Of a stretch of DNA of 64,000 nt, positions 49,447 through 61,190 are shown piece by piece; position 1 is the first letter of the stretch; each line of letters opens with the position of its first letter. Origin of the DNA: Burkholderiales bacterium. GTDB taxonomy: Bacteria > Pseudomonadota > Gammaproteobacteria > Burkholderiales > SG8-41. The notes below the pieces were generated by a model. The model was not told the origin of the DNA. It worked only from the letters and a program-made list of their open reading frames with translations, and searched no databases. The stretch is taken from NCBI GenBank assembly GCA_035524795.1, contig DATKOF010000004.1:3607-67606 (forward strand), in the 5' to 3' direction. A program made the translations under genes and the position numbers.

Positions 49447-50724
49447 CTAGCGGCTTTCGTATACGAACTGTCCCTCGATCAGGGTATGGCGCACCTTGCC
49501 TTTGATTTCAAGTCCGGTGAAAGGCGTATTTTTGCCCTGGCTGCGCAGCGTGGCCGGCCCCACTTTCCAGTACTGCTGCGGGTCGAACACGCAGAGATCG
49601 GCGGCTGCGCCGGTTTTGATGCGGCCGGCATCGATGCCGAGAACGCGCGCGGGGTCGCAGGTGACGCGCGCCAGCCCCTGCGCCAGCGGCAGCCGGCTTT
49701 CCTCGATCCATTTCAGCGCCAGCGGCAGCAGCAGTTCGACGCCGGTCGCGCCGGCCTCGGCCTCGTCGAACGGCAGCTGTTTGGCGTCGTCGTCGACCGG
49801 CGCGTGGTCGGAGCACAGCGCGGCGGCGGTGCCGTCGGTGAGCGCGGCGCGCAGCGCGTCGCGGTCGCGCAGGCTGCGCAGCGGCGGCGTCAGCCGGCAG
49901 TTGGGATCGAAATAACCGATGTCCATTTCGCTCAGATGGGCGTGATGGATCGCCACGTCGCAACTGATATTGAAACCCTGTTGCTGCGCCGCGCGCACCA
50001 TCTCCACGCCCTGCGCGCTCGACAGCCGGCACAGGTGCACGCGCGCACCGATCTCGCGCACCAGCAGCAGGATCGTTTCCAGCGCCGCGGTTTCGGCGCA
50101 CACCGGAATCGCCGGCAGGCCGAGGCGTGTCGCGACCTGGCCGTCATGCGCGACGCCGCCGCGCGCGAGCCATGCTTCCTGCGGACGCAGCCATACCGGA
50201 AAATCGAACGTCGCCGCGTACTGCAACGCGCGCAACAGCAGCTGGGTGTCGGTCAGCGGCGCATCGGCGTGCGAAAACGCGACGCAGCCGGCGTCGGTCA
50301 GTTCACCCATTTCCGTCAATTGTTCGCCCTTGAGGCCGACCGTCAGCGCGCCGACCGGATAGACGCGCGCCTGGTTCAGGTTCTTGGCGCGAAACTTGAG
50401 CATCTCGACCAGCCCCGGCTCGTCGAGCGGCGGATCGGTGTCGGGCGGGCAGGCGAGGCTGGTGACGCCGCCGGCGACCGCGGCGCCCATTTCCGATTCC
50501 AGCGTCGCCATGTACTCGAACCCCGGCTCGCGCAGCCGCACTGCAAGATCGACCAGCCCCGGACAGACCACCAGTCCGGCGGCGTCGAGTGTGCGGTTGG
50601 CGGTGAAGCCGGCCGGCGCTGCGCCGAGCGCGACGATCTTGCCGGCGCCGATAAAGACGTCCTGCTTCGCGTCCGTTCCGCTCGCGGGGTCGATCACGCG
50701 GCCGTTCTTGATGTGTATCTTCAT
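49447..50724 (-). CDS. dihydroorotase-like protein (PyrC', probably non-catalytic ATCase partner)
   Basis: Amidohydrolase fold, but the position of the metal-binding HxH after PGLVD reads LAVRL. Directly downstream of pyrB. Confidence 0.8.
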   Translation of the reverse strand: MKIHIKNGRVIDPASGTDAKQDVFIGAGKIVALGAAPAGFTANRTLDAAGLVVCPGLVDLAVRLREPGFEYMATLESEMGAAVAGGVTSLACPPDTDPPLDEPGLVEMLKFRAKNLNQARVYPVGALTVGLKGEQLTEMGELTDAGCVAFSHADAPLTDTQLLLRALQYAATFDFPVWLRPQEAWLARGGVAHDGQVATRLGLPAIPVCAETAALETILLLVREIGARVHLCRLSSAQGVEMVRAAQQQGFNISCDVAIHHAHLSEMDIGYFDPNCRLTPPLRSLRDRDALRAALTDGTAAALCSDHAPVDDDAKQLPFDEAEAGATGVELLLPLALKWIEESRLPLAQGLARVTCDPARVLGIDAGRIKTGAAADLCVFDPQQYWKVGPATLRSQGKNTPFTGLEIKGKVRHTLIEGQFVYESR

Positions 50725-50728
50725 CGCG

Positions 50729-51685
50729 TCAGTTGCCCATCAGTATGCTCATCACCGCCATCCGGATCGCGATGCCGAACGTGACCTGCGGCAGGATCAC
50801 CGACTGGCGGCCGTCGGCGACGTCGGAATCGATCTCGACGCCGCGGTTCATCGGCCCCGGGTGCAGCACGATCGCGTCCGTCTGCGCCAGCGCCAGCTTG
50901 TCGGCGGTCAGGCCGTAGAACTTGAAGTATTCCTGCGGCGACGGCAGGAACGCGCCCTGCATGCGCTCGTTCTGCAGCCGCAGCATCATCACGACATCGA
51001 CGTCTTTCAGCCCCTTCGCCATATCGTGATGGACGTGGACGCCGAGAGTCTCGACGTGCGTCGGCAGCAGCGTGCGCGGTGCGACGACGCGGATTTCAGG
51101 CACGCCGAGCGTTGCCAGCGCGTGGATCTGCGAGCGCGCGACGCGCGAGTGCAGGATGTCGCCGACGATCGCCACGCGCAGGTTCGTGAAATCCTGTTTG
51201 TAGTGGCGGATCGTGAACATGTCGAGCAGCGCCTGCGTCGGATGCGCATGGCGTCCGTCGCCGGCGTTGATGACGTGGATGTCGGGGCCGACATGGCGCG
51301 CAATCAGGTGCGGCGCGCCGCTTGAGCCGTGACGCACGACGAACATGTCGGCCTGCATCGCGGCGAGGTTGGCGACGGTGTCGAGGATGCTCTCGCCCTT
51401 GGCGTGCGACGACAGGTTGACTGCGAGGTTGATGACGTCGGCCGACAGCCGCTTGGCGGCGATCTCGAACGTGGTGCGGGTGCGGGTCGACGGCTCGAAG
51501 AACAGGTTGAAGATCGTCTTGCCGCGCAGCAGCGGTACTTTTTTGATTTCGCGCCCGGTGACGCCGACGAACGACTGCGCGGTATCGAGGATCTGCAGCA
51601 GGATCGCGGCCGGCAGGCCGTCGATCGACAGCAGGTGATGCAGTTCGCCGTTTTTGTTGAGCTGCGGGTTGCGGTCGAGGAACAT
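50729..51685 (-). CDS. pyrB: aspartate carbamoyltransferase catalytic subunit
   Basis: [21 protein letters not shown]. Confidence 0.93.
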   Translation of the reverse strand: MFLDRNPQLNKNGELHHLLSIDGLPAAILLQILDTAQSFVGVTGREIKKVPLLRGKTIFNLFFEPSTRTRTTFEIAAKRLSADVINLAVNLSSHAKGESILDTVANLAAMQADMFVVRHGSSGAPHLIARHVGPDIHVINAGDGRHAHPTQALLDMFTIRHYKQDFTNLRVAIVGDILHSRVARSQIHALATLGVPEIRVVAPRTLLPTHVETLGVHVHHDMAKGLKDVDVVMMLRLQNERMQGAFLPSPQEYFKFYGLTADKLALAQTDAIVLHPGPMNRGVEIDSDVADGRQSVILPQVTFGIAIRMAVMSILMGN

Positions 51686-51686
51686 G

Positions 51687-52184
51687 CTATTTTTTCTCCC
51701 GCAGCGCGAAGCGCAGCCGGCCGTTTTCCTGTTCCAGATCGACGCTGTAGCGCGCCGGCACCTCGAGTGTTGCGCCGAGAAACTGGGCGGCGATCGGCAG
51801 TTCGCGGCCGCCGCGGTCGATCAGCGCCGCGAGCCGGATCGAGCGCGGCCGGCCGTAGTCGAACAGTTCGTTCATCGCGGCACGGATCGTGCGTCCGGTG
51901 TAGAGCACGTCGTCGACCAGGATCAGATCGCGACCTTCGACTTCGAAAGGAATGTGCGACGACTGTACCGCGTGCTTCAGTCCCTCGGCGTCGAAATCGT
52001 CGCGGTAGAACGAAACATCGAGCGCGGCGGGCGGCACCGTGCAGCGCAGCGCGGTGTGCAGCCGCTCGGCGATCCAAACGCCGCCGGTGCGGATGCCGAC
52101 CAGCCCGGCGGCGGACGATACCTGCGGCCGCATCTGGTCGATCAGCGCGGTCACCAGCCGCTCGGCGTCGGGCAGCTGGATCAT
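51687..52184 (-). CDS. pyrR: PyrR bifunctional regulator / uracil phosphoribosyltransferase
   Basis: [21 protein letters not shown] motif. The ATG at 52184 overlaps the ruvX stop. Confidence 0.88.
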   Translation of the reverse strand: MIQLPDAERLVTALIDQMRPQVSSAAGLVGIRTGGVWIAERLHTALRCTVPPAALDVSFYRDDFDAEGLKHAVQSSHIPFEVEGRDLILVDDVLYTGRTIRAAMNELFDYGRPRSIRLAALIDRGGRELPIAAQFLGATLEVPARYSVDLEQENGRLRFALREKK

Positions 52185-52636
52185 GAGGCGGAAGGGCGCG
52201 CTGTTTCGAAATACCCGAGCAGAATCTGCTGGGCGGCGACCGCGTCGAGGGCGGTGCGGCGCTTGCGTGCGGCGACACCGCTTGCGCCGAGCAGCGAGTC
52301 GGCGACGGCTGAAGTCAGCCGTTCGTCGATCAGTTCGACCGGCAGTCCGAAGCGTCCCTTGAGCTGGTTGGCGAAGCGCCGGCAGCGCCGTGTCATCTCG
52401 TGCTCGGTGCCGTCGGCACGCAGCGGCAGGCCGACCACCAGCAGCGCCGGCTGCCACTCGTCGAGCAGCGCGGCGATCGCGGCGAAACGCCGTTTATTGT
52501 CGGCGGCGTCGATGGTGGCGAGCGGATGCGGGATGCGCAGCTGCCGGTCGCCGACCGCGACGCCGATGCGCTTCTCGCCGAAGTCGAAAGCGAGTACGGT
52601 CGCCGGCGTGCAGGACGAGGGGCGTCGGCTTGGCAT
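52181..52636 (-). CDS. ruvX: Holliday junction resolvase-like protein RuvX (YqgF)
   Basis: LAFDFGEKRIGVAVGD. Start at 52636 or 52648. Confidence 0.85.
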   Translation of the reverse strand: MPSRRPSSCTPATVLAFDFGEKRIGVAVGDRQLRIPHPLATIDAADNKRRFAAIAALLDEWQPALLVVGLPLRADGTEHEMTRRCRRFANQLKGRFGLPVELIDERLTSAVADSLLGASGVAARKRRTALDAVAAQQILLGYFETARPSAS

Positions 52637-52691
52637 CGGGAAAAACATCAGGCGGTCGGCTGGGAGTCCGAGAGTTCCGACTCGCAGCCGG

Positions 52692-53252
52692 TTACGCATG
52701 CCCGGCGCTCTCCGACAGGTTCGCGAAATCGATGCCGAGCAGGCCCATCGCCGCCGGCAGGCGCTGCTCCGGCGGCAGTTCGAACATCACATCGGATTGC
52801 GCGGCGACGGTCAGCCACGCATTCTGCGCAAGCTCTTGCTCGAGTTGCCCCGGCGCCCAGCCGGCGTAACCGAGCGTGATCAGGATCTGGCGCGGACCGT
52901 CACCGCGCGCAATCGCTTCCAGAATGTCGCGCGAAGTGGTGAGACCGAGGTCCTGGTTGATCTTCAGTGTCGACTGCCACGGCCCGGCCGGCTCGTGCAG
53001 CACGAAGCCGCGGTCGACCTGCACCGGTCCGCCGTAATGCACCGGCGTCGACGCGTGCTGCTGGTTGTCGGCCGGGATGCTGACCTGTTCGAGCAGCCGC
53101 GCCAGCGTCATTTCGATCGGCCGGTTGACGACCAGGCCGAGCGCGCCCTGGTCGTTGTGTTCGCAGATATAGGTCAGCGTTCTGGAAAAGTGCGGATCGA
53201 CCATGTTGGGCATGGCGATCAGGAAGTGGTGGCTGAGATTCACTGAAGGCAT
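52692..53252 (-). CDS. YqgE/AlgH family protein (UPF0301)
   Basis: [37 protein letters not shown]. Confidence 0.85.
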   Translation of the reverse strand: MPSVNLSHHFLIAMPNMVDPHFSRTLTYICEHNDQGALGLVVNRPIEMTLARLLEQVSIPADNQQHASTPVHYGGPVQVDRGFVLHEPAGPWQSTLKINQDLGLTTSRDILEAIARGDGPRQILITLGYAGWAPGQLEQELAQNAWLTVAAQSDVMFELPPEQRLPAAMGLLGIDFANLSESAGHA

Positions 53253-53301
53253 CTCAAGTGCTCATTGTAAACGCAACGGCTGACCTTCACAAACAGCCCG
53301 C

Positions 53302-54114
53302 TTACTGCGCAGCCTGGCGCACCCAGTTTTTCCATTGTCCGAACAGCTCCGCGTCGAGCGCGCCGATCACCGGCCGTTTCCACAGCGGCGCCTGCCAGAA
53401 ATCGTCGTGCTCGAACGAGCACATGTGGCCGCCGGCCTCGGCCAGGATCAGCGATCCCGCCGCATAATCCCACAATTTCTGGCCGCCATGCAGATAGACG
53501 TCGTAGCGTCCGGCCGCCGCGTAGCACCACTCGAGCACGCTGGCGCCGAAATTACGCTGCGATGCAAACGGCATTTCGACCGCCAGCCGCCGGCGCAGCG
53601 GTTCCGGCAGACGCTTGAAATCGATACCCGCGATCGCGTTTTTCAGTGCCGGCACCTGCGTTTTCAGCGGCAGCCGCGCGCCGTTGACGAACGCACCCTT
53701 GCCTTTCTCGGCGTGGAACAGTTCGCCCGAACACGGATCGAGGATCACGCCGAGCACCGGCCGCCCGCCGCGCATCAGGGCGATCGCGACCGCGAAATAC
53801 GGCAGTCCGCTGACGAAATTCGAAGTGCCGTCGATCGGATCGACGCACCACACGTCGCCGTCGGCGGCGAGCCATTTTTCAACCTGCTCGTTCTCGGTCA
53901 TTTCCTCGGCGATGATCGGGTGATCCGCGATCGCCGACAGTTTTTTGACCAGTGCGTCCTGCGCCGCGAGATCGGCTTCGGTATAGACGCTGCGGTCAGC
54001 CTTGCGCGCGTGCTCGACGCGCATGAAGCGCGGCATGATTTCGGTTGCGGCGACCGCCCTGACGGCGGCGATGACGGCTTCCAGCATCGGTTGGAGTAAG
54101 ATGAATGGGATCAA
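53302..54114 (-). CDS. inositol monophosphatase family protein
   Basis: WCVDPIDGTSNF and WDYAAG motifs. Confidence 0.85.
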   Translation of the reverse strand: MIPFILLQPMLEAVIAAVRAVAATEIMPRFMRVEHARKADRSVYTEADLAAQDALVKKLSAIADHPIIAEEMTENEQVEKWLAADGDVWCVDPIDGTSNFVSGLPYFAVAIALMRGGRPVLGVILDPCSGELFHAEKGKGAFVNGARLPLKTQVPALKNAIAGIDFKRLPEPLRRRLAVEMPFASQRNFGASVLEWCYAAAGRYDVYLHGGQKLWDYAAGSLILAEAGGHMCSFEHDDFWQAPLWKRPVIGALDAELFGQWKNWVRQAAQ

Positions 54115-54135
54115 ATCGTCATTTTACCGCGCATC

Positions 54136-54864
54136 ATGCCGCGCCTCTATTTTCCCGACGACATCCCCGCGCACGGCGAATGCACGCTGCCGCGAGCGCA
54201 GGCGCATCACGTCGCGCACGTGCTGCGGCTGACGGCCGGCGACGCGGTCACGCTGTTCGACGGTCATGGCATCGAATATCCGGCGACCATTGTGCGCATC
54301 GGCAAGCGCGGCATCGTGGTGCGCATCGGCGGCGCGCGCGCGGTGGACCGCGAATCGCCGCTGCACGTGACGCTGGTGCAGGCGGTGTCGGGCGGCGAAC
54401 GCATGGATTACACGATCCAGAAAGCGGTCGAGCTCGGCGTCGCGCACGTGCAGCCGGTGATCAGCCAGCGCAGCGTGGTGCGCCTGAAGAGCGAGCGCGC
54501 CGAGAAGCGCGTCGCGCACTGGCAGTACGTGGTGATCGCCGCGTGCGAACAGTGCGGGCGCAATCTGGTGCCCGAGGTTGCGCCGGTGCTGCCGTTGATG
54601 GACTGGCTGGCGACGCTGCCCGCCGGCGGCGCGGGACGCCTGCTGCTGTCGCCGCACGCCGAGCGGCGGTTCGCGGAGCTGCCACGGCCGGACGGAGGCA
54701 TCATCCTGCTGGCCGGCCCGGAAGGCGGGTTCGACGGCGCCGAGATTGAAATGGCGCTGACGCGCGGCTTCGTCACGCTGAGTCTCGGGCCGCGCGTGCT
54801 GCGCACCGAGACCGCGGCGCTGGTGGCGCTAGCGCTGTTGCAGTCGAAGTGGGGGGATTTTTAG
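54136..54864 (+). CDS. rsmE: 16S rRNA (uracil1498-N3)-methyltransferase
   Basis: MPRLYFP..., HHVAHVLRL, LLAGPEGGF, RTETAAL. Confidence 0.88.
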   Translation: MPRLYFPDDIPAHGECTLPRAQAHHVAHVLRLTAGDAVTLFDGHGIEYPATIVRIGKRGIVVRIGGARAVDRESPLHVTLVQAVSGGERMDYTIQKAVELGVAHVQPVISQRSVVRLKSERAEKRVAHWQYVVIAACEQCGRNLVPEVAPVLPLMDWLATLPAGGAGRLLLSPHAERRFAELPRPDGGIILLAGPEGGFDGAEIEMALTRGFVTLSLGPRVLRTETAALVALALLQSKWGDF

Positions 54865-54951
54865 GCGCGCGCTGCTGAGCCGGCTCCACCCTGACGGCGG
54901 TTTCTTGCATAATGTGCGGCATCCAATAACAACTCCGCGATTCCCCGGCTC

Positions 54952-56271
54952 ATGCTACTGAACAAGCCCGCCGATTTTGTCAGATGGTTCCGCGCCGCGG
55001 CGCCGTACATCCACGCGTTTCGCGGGCGCACCTTCGTCATCGCGTTCGGCGGCGAGGTGGTCGCCGACGGCAAGTTCGTCGCCCTCACGCACGACCTGAA
55101 CCTGCTCGCCAGCCTCGGCGTGCGGCTGGTGCTGGTGCACGGCATGCGGCCGCAGATCGAGGCCCAGTTGAAGCGGCTCAAGCAGCGCGCCCGCTATGTG
55201 CGCGGGCTGCGCGTGACCGACGATGTCGCGCTTTCGTGCGCGAAGGAGGCGAGCGGCCGGCTGCGCGTCGAAATCGAGGCGCTGCTGTCGATGGGTCTCG
55301 CCAGTTCGCCGATGGCGGGCGCCCAGATTTCGGTTGCCAGCGGCAATTTCGTGACCGCGCGGCCGAGCGGAATCATCGACGGCGTCGATCTGCAGCACAC
55401 CGGCGAAGTGCGCAGGATCAATGCCGCCGCGATTCACGACCGGCTCGATCACGGCGAACTCGTGCTGCTGTCGCCGCTCGGCTATTCGCCGACCGGCGAA
55501 ATTTTCAACCTCGCACTCGAAGATGTCGCGGCGTCGGTTGCGGTCGCGCTGAAGGCCGACAAGCTGATTTTCCTGATGGACGCGGGAGGGGTGCTCGACG
55601 CGCGCGGCGCGCTGCTGCGCGAACTGACGCCGGCCGCGGCCGAGGCGGCGCTGGCGAAGCGCCGCCGCGCGCAGGTCGAAGACGTGACGCTCTATCTGCC
55701 GCGCGCGATCGCCGCATGCCGCGCCGGCGTTGCGCGCGCGCATCTGGTTTCGCGTCATGTCGACGGCGCGCTGCTGCTCGAACTGTTCACGCGCGAAGGC
55801 ATCGGCACCATGGTCGCGCGCGAGCCGCTCGAGAACCTGCGTCCGGCGCGGCTCGACGACATCGGCGGCATTCTGCAGCTGATCGAGCCGCTCGAGGCCG
55901 AAGGCGTGCTGGTCAGGCGCGGGCGCGACCTGCTGGAAAGGGAAATCGACCGTTTCGTCGTGATCGAGCACGACCGCGCGATCATCGGCTGCGCCGCGCT
56001 CTATCCGTACGACGGGCGGATGGCGGAACTGGCATGCCTGACCGTGCATCCCGATTACCGGCGCTCCGGCGCCGGCGAGCGTCTGCTGCACGCGATCGAG
56101 GCGCTCGCCCGCAAAACCGGGATCCGGCGGCTGTTCGTGCTGACGACGCGCGCCGCGCACTGGTTCGTCGAACGCGGATTCGCGACGGCGCCGGTCACGG
56201 CGCTGCCGCGGCAGAAACGGGTGCTCTACAATTATCAGCGGGGATCGCAGATTTTCCTGAAACGTCTGTAA
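54952..56271 (+). CDS. argA: amino-acid N-acetyltransferase (N-acetylglutamate synthase)
   Basis: [27 protein letters not shown] kinase-like domain plus C-terminal GNAT ([10 protein letters not shown]). Confidence 0.9.
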   Translation: MLLNKPADFVRWFRAAAPYIHAFRGRTFVIAFGGEVVADGKFVALTHDLNLLASLGVRLVLVHGMRPQIEAQLKRLKQRARYVRGLRVTDDVALSCAKEASGRLRVEIEALLSMGLASSPMAGAQISVASGNFVTARPSGIIDGVDLQHTGEVRRINAAAIHDRLDHGELVLLSPLGYSPTGEIFNLALEDVAASVAVALKADKLIFLMDAGGVLDARGALLRELTPAAAEAALAKRRRAQVEDVTLYLPRAIAACRAGVARAHLVSRHVDGALLLELFTREGIGTMVAREPLENLRPARLDDIGGILQLIEPLEAEGVLVRRGRDLLEREIDRFVVIEHDRAIIGCAALYPYDGRMAELACLTVHPDYRRSGAGERLLHAIEALARKTGIRRLFVLTTRAAHWFVERGFATAPVTALPRQKRVLYNYQRGSQIFLKRL

Positions 56272-56359
56272 CGCGCGCGCGCGCCGCCGCGGCCCCCGCC
56301 CTGCTAGAATACGCAGTTCGAATGCAACAATTCCGCGATACGGCTCCGTAACAATCAAA

Positions 56360-56635
56360 ATGCCCCGAATGGTCAACTGCATCAAGCTGGGACGCGAAGC
56401 GGAAGGGCTGGATTTTCCTCCGTACCCGGGCGAGCTCGGCAAGCGCATATTCGACAACGTGTCGAAGGAAGCCTGGAAACAGTGGCTCGAACTGCAGAAA
56501 ATGCTGGTCAATGAGAACCGTCTCAATCTTGCCGACAGGAAAGCGCGCGACTATCTCGCCCGGCAGATGGAAAACCATTTCTTCGGCGCCGGCGCCGAAT
56601 CCGCGCAGGGCTATGTTCCGCCGCGCAACGACTGA
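56360..56635 (+). CDS. yggX: oxidative damage protection protein YggX (Fe(2+)-trafficking)
   Basis: [39 protein letters not shown]. Confidence 0.88.
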   Translation: MPRMVNCIKLGREAEGLDFPPYPGELGKRIFDNVSKEAWKQWLELQKMLVNENRLNLADRKARDYLARQMENHFFGAGAESAQGYVPPRND

Positions 56636-56712
56636 TCCCATAATCCGCCCCGATCGTTTTTTTCACGCCAGCCGCGCAATCAACGAAGGCGCGCGGCGAT
56701 GACGGTTATCCC

Positions 56713-58785
<2,073 letters not shown>

Positions 58786-58899
58786 GCTTTTCAGTCCGCA
58801 CGATCACGGTTGCGCCCGCGGCTATGCCGCCGCCACGGCACGCGCTAAACTGCGAAGTTGCGCGCGCTGAAACCGCGCGCGTCAATCCTGTGCGCCGCC

Positions 58900-60438
58900 A
58901 TGCCTGTCGAGACTGAACTCAAATTACTGATCGATCCGCAGCACATCGCCCGCCTGCGCCGGCATCCGCTGTTCAAGCGCGGGCGCCGGCTGGCGCCGCA
59001 GAAACTGTACAGCGTCTACTACGACACGCCCGATCTTGCATTGTGGCGTCACGGCGTTGCGCTGCGCCTGCGCCGCGCCGGACGGCGCTGGGTGCAGACC
59101 GTGAAGGGCGGCGGCAGCGTCGTCGCCGGGCTGCATCAGCGGCCGGAAACCGAGGCCGCGATCGACGACGCCGTTCCGGATTTTGCCGCGATCGAAGACC
59201 CGATGCTGGCCCGCTATTTTTCCACGCGCAAACTGCGCGCGCGTCTGAAGCCGGCGGTGGTCACGCGATTCACGCGCGCCAGCTATCTGCTGCAACCGCA
59301 GCCGGGCGTCGTCATCGAGGCCAGCCTCGACCGCGGAACACTGGAAGGCGGCGGGCGCAGCGAGCCGATCTGCGAACTCGAGCTCGAAATGAAATCGGGG
59401 CCGGCGTGGCATGCGCATCAGGTCGCGCTGCAACTGCTGGCGACGGCACCGTTGCTGGCCGCAGACCGCTCCAAGGCCGAGCGCGGATTCGACCTGCACC
59501 GGAACGCCGCGCCCAAGCCGCGCAAAGCCCGGGCGTCACCGCTGACGCCGGACATGACCTGCCGCGATGCGTTCGAGGCGCTGGTCGAAGCAGGGCTGGC
59601 GCACTTCCTTGCCAACCAGCACGGCCTGCTGAACGACGACGATCCCGAGTATCTGCACCAGATGCGCGTCGCGCTGCGGCGCCTGCGTTCGGTGCTGGCG
59701 ACGTTTGCCCCGCTGTTTACGGAAGACGTTCTCGCCGCGCGCGTGACGGAAATCCGGCGGCTGTCGGCAGTGCTCGGCCGCGCGCGTGACTGGGATGTGT
59801 TTGTCACTGAAACCCTGCCGCCGCTGACGCAGCGCTACGCGAAGCATGCCGGCATCGCCGCGTTCTGTCATCGCGCCGCGTGGCTGCGCATGTACGCCGA
59901 CCGCGCGGCGCGGCGCGCGGTCGGCAGCCGGCGTGGCCAGCATTTCATATTGGCGAGCGGCGCGTGGCTGCTGGCCGGCGACTGGTTCGCGCGTCTCGAC
60001 GCGGCGCAGCGCGCGGCGCTGCTGCGGCCGGTCACGGTGTTCGCGCGCGAAGTGCTGGATGGCGCCCATGCGCGCGTGTTGAAACGCGGCCGGCATTTCG
60101 GCCGGCTGACGCCGCCGAAGCTGCACCGGCTGCGCATCGCGGCAAAGAAACTGCGCTATGCAGCCGATTTTTTTGCGCCGCTCTACGATCGGCGCCGGGT
60201 GTCGCGTTTCCGCGATACGCTCGCGCAGCTGCAGGACGCGCTGGGCAGTTTCAACGACGCGGTGACCACGGCGCGGCTGGTCGAAGAGGCGCGGCGCGGA
60301 CTCACCAGCGCGAGCGCGCGCGAGGCGCGCGGCATCCTGCTCGGCTGGAGCGGCGGCGTCCAGCACTCCGGCGGCCGCCATCTCAAATTGTTGTGGGACA
60401 AATGGCGCGCGATGTCGCCGTTCTGGAAGGACGCGTAA
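58900..60438 (+). CDS. CYTH and CHAD domain-containing protein
   Basis: CYTH ExExK (VETELKLL) at the N-terminus. Helical Arg/His-rich C-terminal half with YLHQMRVALRRLRS and RIAAKKLRYAADFF, typical of CHAD. Confidence 0.85.
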   Translation: MPVETELKLLIDPQHIARLRRHPLFKRGRRLAPQKLYSVYYDTPDLALWRHGVALRLRRAGRRWVQTVKGGGSVVAGLHQRPETEAAIDDAVPDFAAIEDPMLARYFSTRKLRARLKPAVVTRFTRASYLLQPQPGVVIEASLDRGTLEGGGRSEPICELELEMKSGPAWHAHQVALQLLATAPLLAADRSKAERGFDLHRNAAPKPRKARASPLTPDMTCRDAFEALVEAGLAHFLANQHGLLNDDDPEYLHQMRVALRRLRSVLATFAPLFTEDVLAARVTEIRRLSAVLGRARDWDVFVTETLPPLTQRYAKHAGIAAFCHRAAWLRMYADRAARRAVGSRRGQHFILASGAWLLAGDWFARLDAAQRAALLRPVTVFAREVLDGAHARVLKRGRHFGRLTPPKLHRLRIAAKKLRYAADFFAPLYDRRRVSRFRDTLAQLQDALGSFNDAVTTARLVEEARRGLTSASAREARGILLGWSGGVQHSGGRHLKLLWDKWRAMSPFWKDA

Positions 60439-60770
60439 TGGATCTGATTCTGTGGCGTCACGCGGAAGCGGAGGACGGGCCCGCGAGCAGTGAGCAGGGT
60501 TCCCTCGGGGATGCGAACGTCCGCGAGTCGGGGCCGGTGCCGTCCGGGGCGAGCGCGGCGCCAGTTGAATCGGAGAACGAATGATGGATCTGATCCTGTG
60601 GCGTCACGCGGAAGCGGAGGACAGGCCCGCGAGCAGTGAGCAGGGTCCCCTGCGGGATGCGAACGTCCGCGAGTCGGGGCCGGTGCCGTCCGGGGCGAGC
60701 GCGGCGCCAGTTGAATCGGAGAACGAATGATGGATCTGATCCTGTGGCGTCACGCGGAAGCGGAGGACGG
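60438..60770 (+). repeat. 146-bp tandem direct repeat, 2 full units plus a 41-bp third copy that is the true sixA start
   Basis: Units at 60438-60583 and 60584-60729 differ at 5 positions by hand count. 60730-60770 repeats the first 41 nt. Each full unit carries ATG plus the first 13 sixA codons. Confidence 0.92.
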
Positions 60771-61182
60771 CGTCCCCGATATCGAGCGCGCGTTGACCGC
60801 GAAAGGCATCAAGCAGGCGGCGCGCATGGCCAAATGGCTGCGGCGGCGTCTGCCGGACGACGCGCTGATACTGGCCAGCCCTGCCAGGCGCACGCGCCAG
60901 ACCGCGCAGGCGTTGACGCCGGATTTCAAGGTCGTCGATGAAATCGGCACCCGGGCGTCGCCGGAAGACATATTGCACGCCGCCGGCTGGCCCCACGACG
61001 ATCGCACCGTGGTCGTCGTCGGTCATCAGCCGACGCTCGGCGCGACCGCGGCGCTGCTGCTGGCCGGCCGCAGCGAGGAATGGGGGATCAGGAAGGGCGC
61101 GATCATCTGGCTCGCGCACCGCGATCACGACGGCGGGAACCGCGCCCAGCTGCGCGCCGCACTGTCGCCGGACCTGCTTTAG
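60727..61182 (+). CDS. sixA: phosphohistidine phosphatase SixA
   Basis: MDLILWRHAEAE (RHxxA catalytic motif), VVGHQPTLG. Start at 60727 or 60730 (ATGATG). Confidence 0.82.
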   Translation: MMDLILWRHAEAEDGVPDIERALTAKGIKQAARMAKWLRRRLPDDALILASPARRTRQTAQALTPDFKVVDEIGTRASPEDILHAAGWPHDDRTVVVVGHQPTLGATAALLLAGRSEEWGIRKGAIIWLAHRDHDGGNRAQLRAALSPDLL

Positions 61183-61190
61183 GGTTTCGC

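Noticed and set aside
58861-58881. GC-only hairpin CGCGCGC-tgaaacc-GCGCGCG between ppk1 and the CYTH-CHAD gene
   Set aside because: No U-tract follows, so it is not a canonical intrinsic terminator. It could form by chance in GC-rich DNA.
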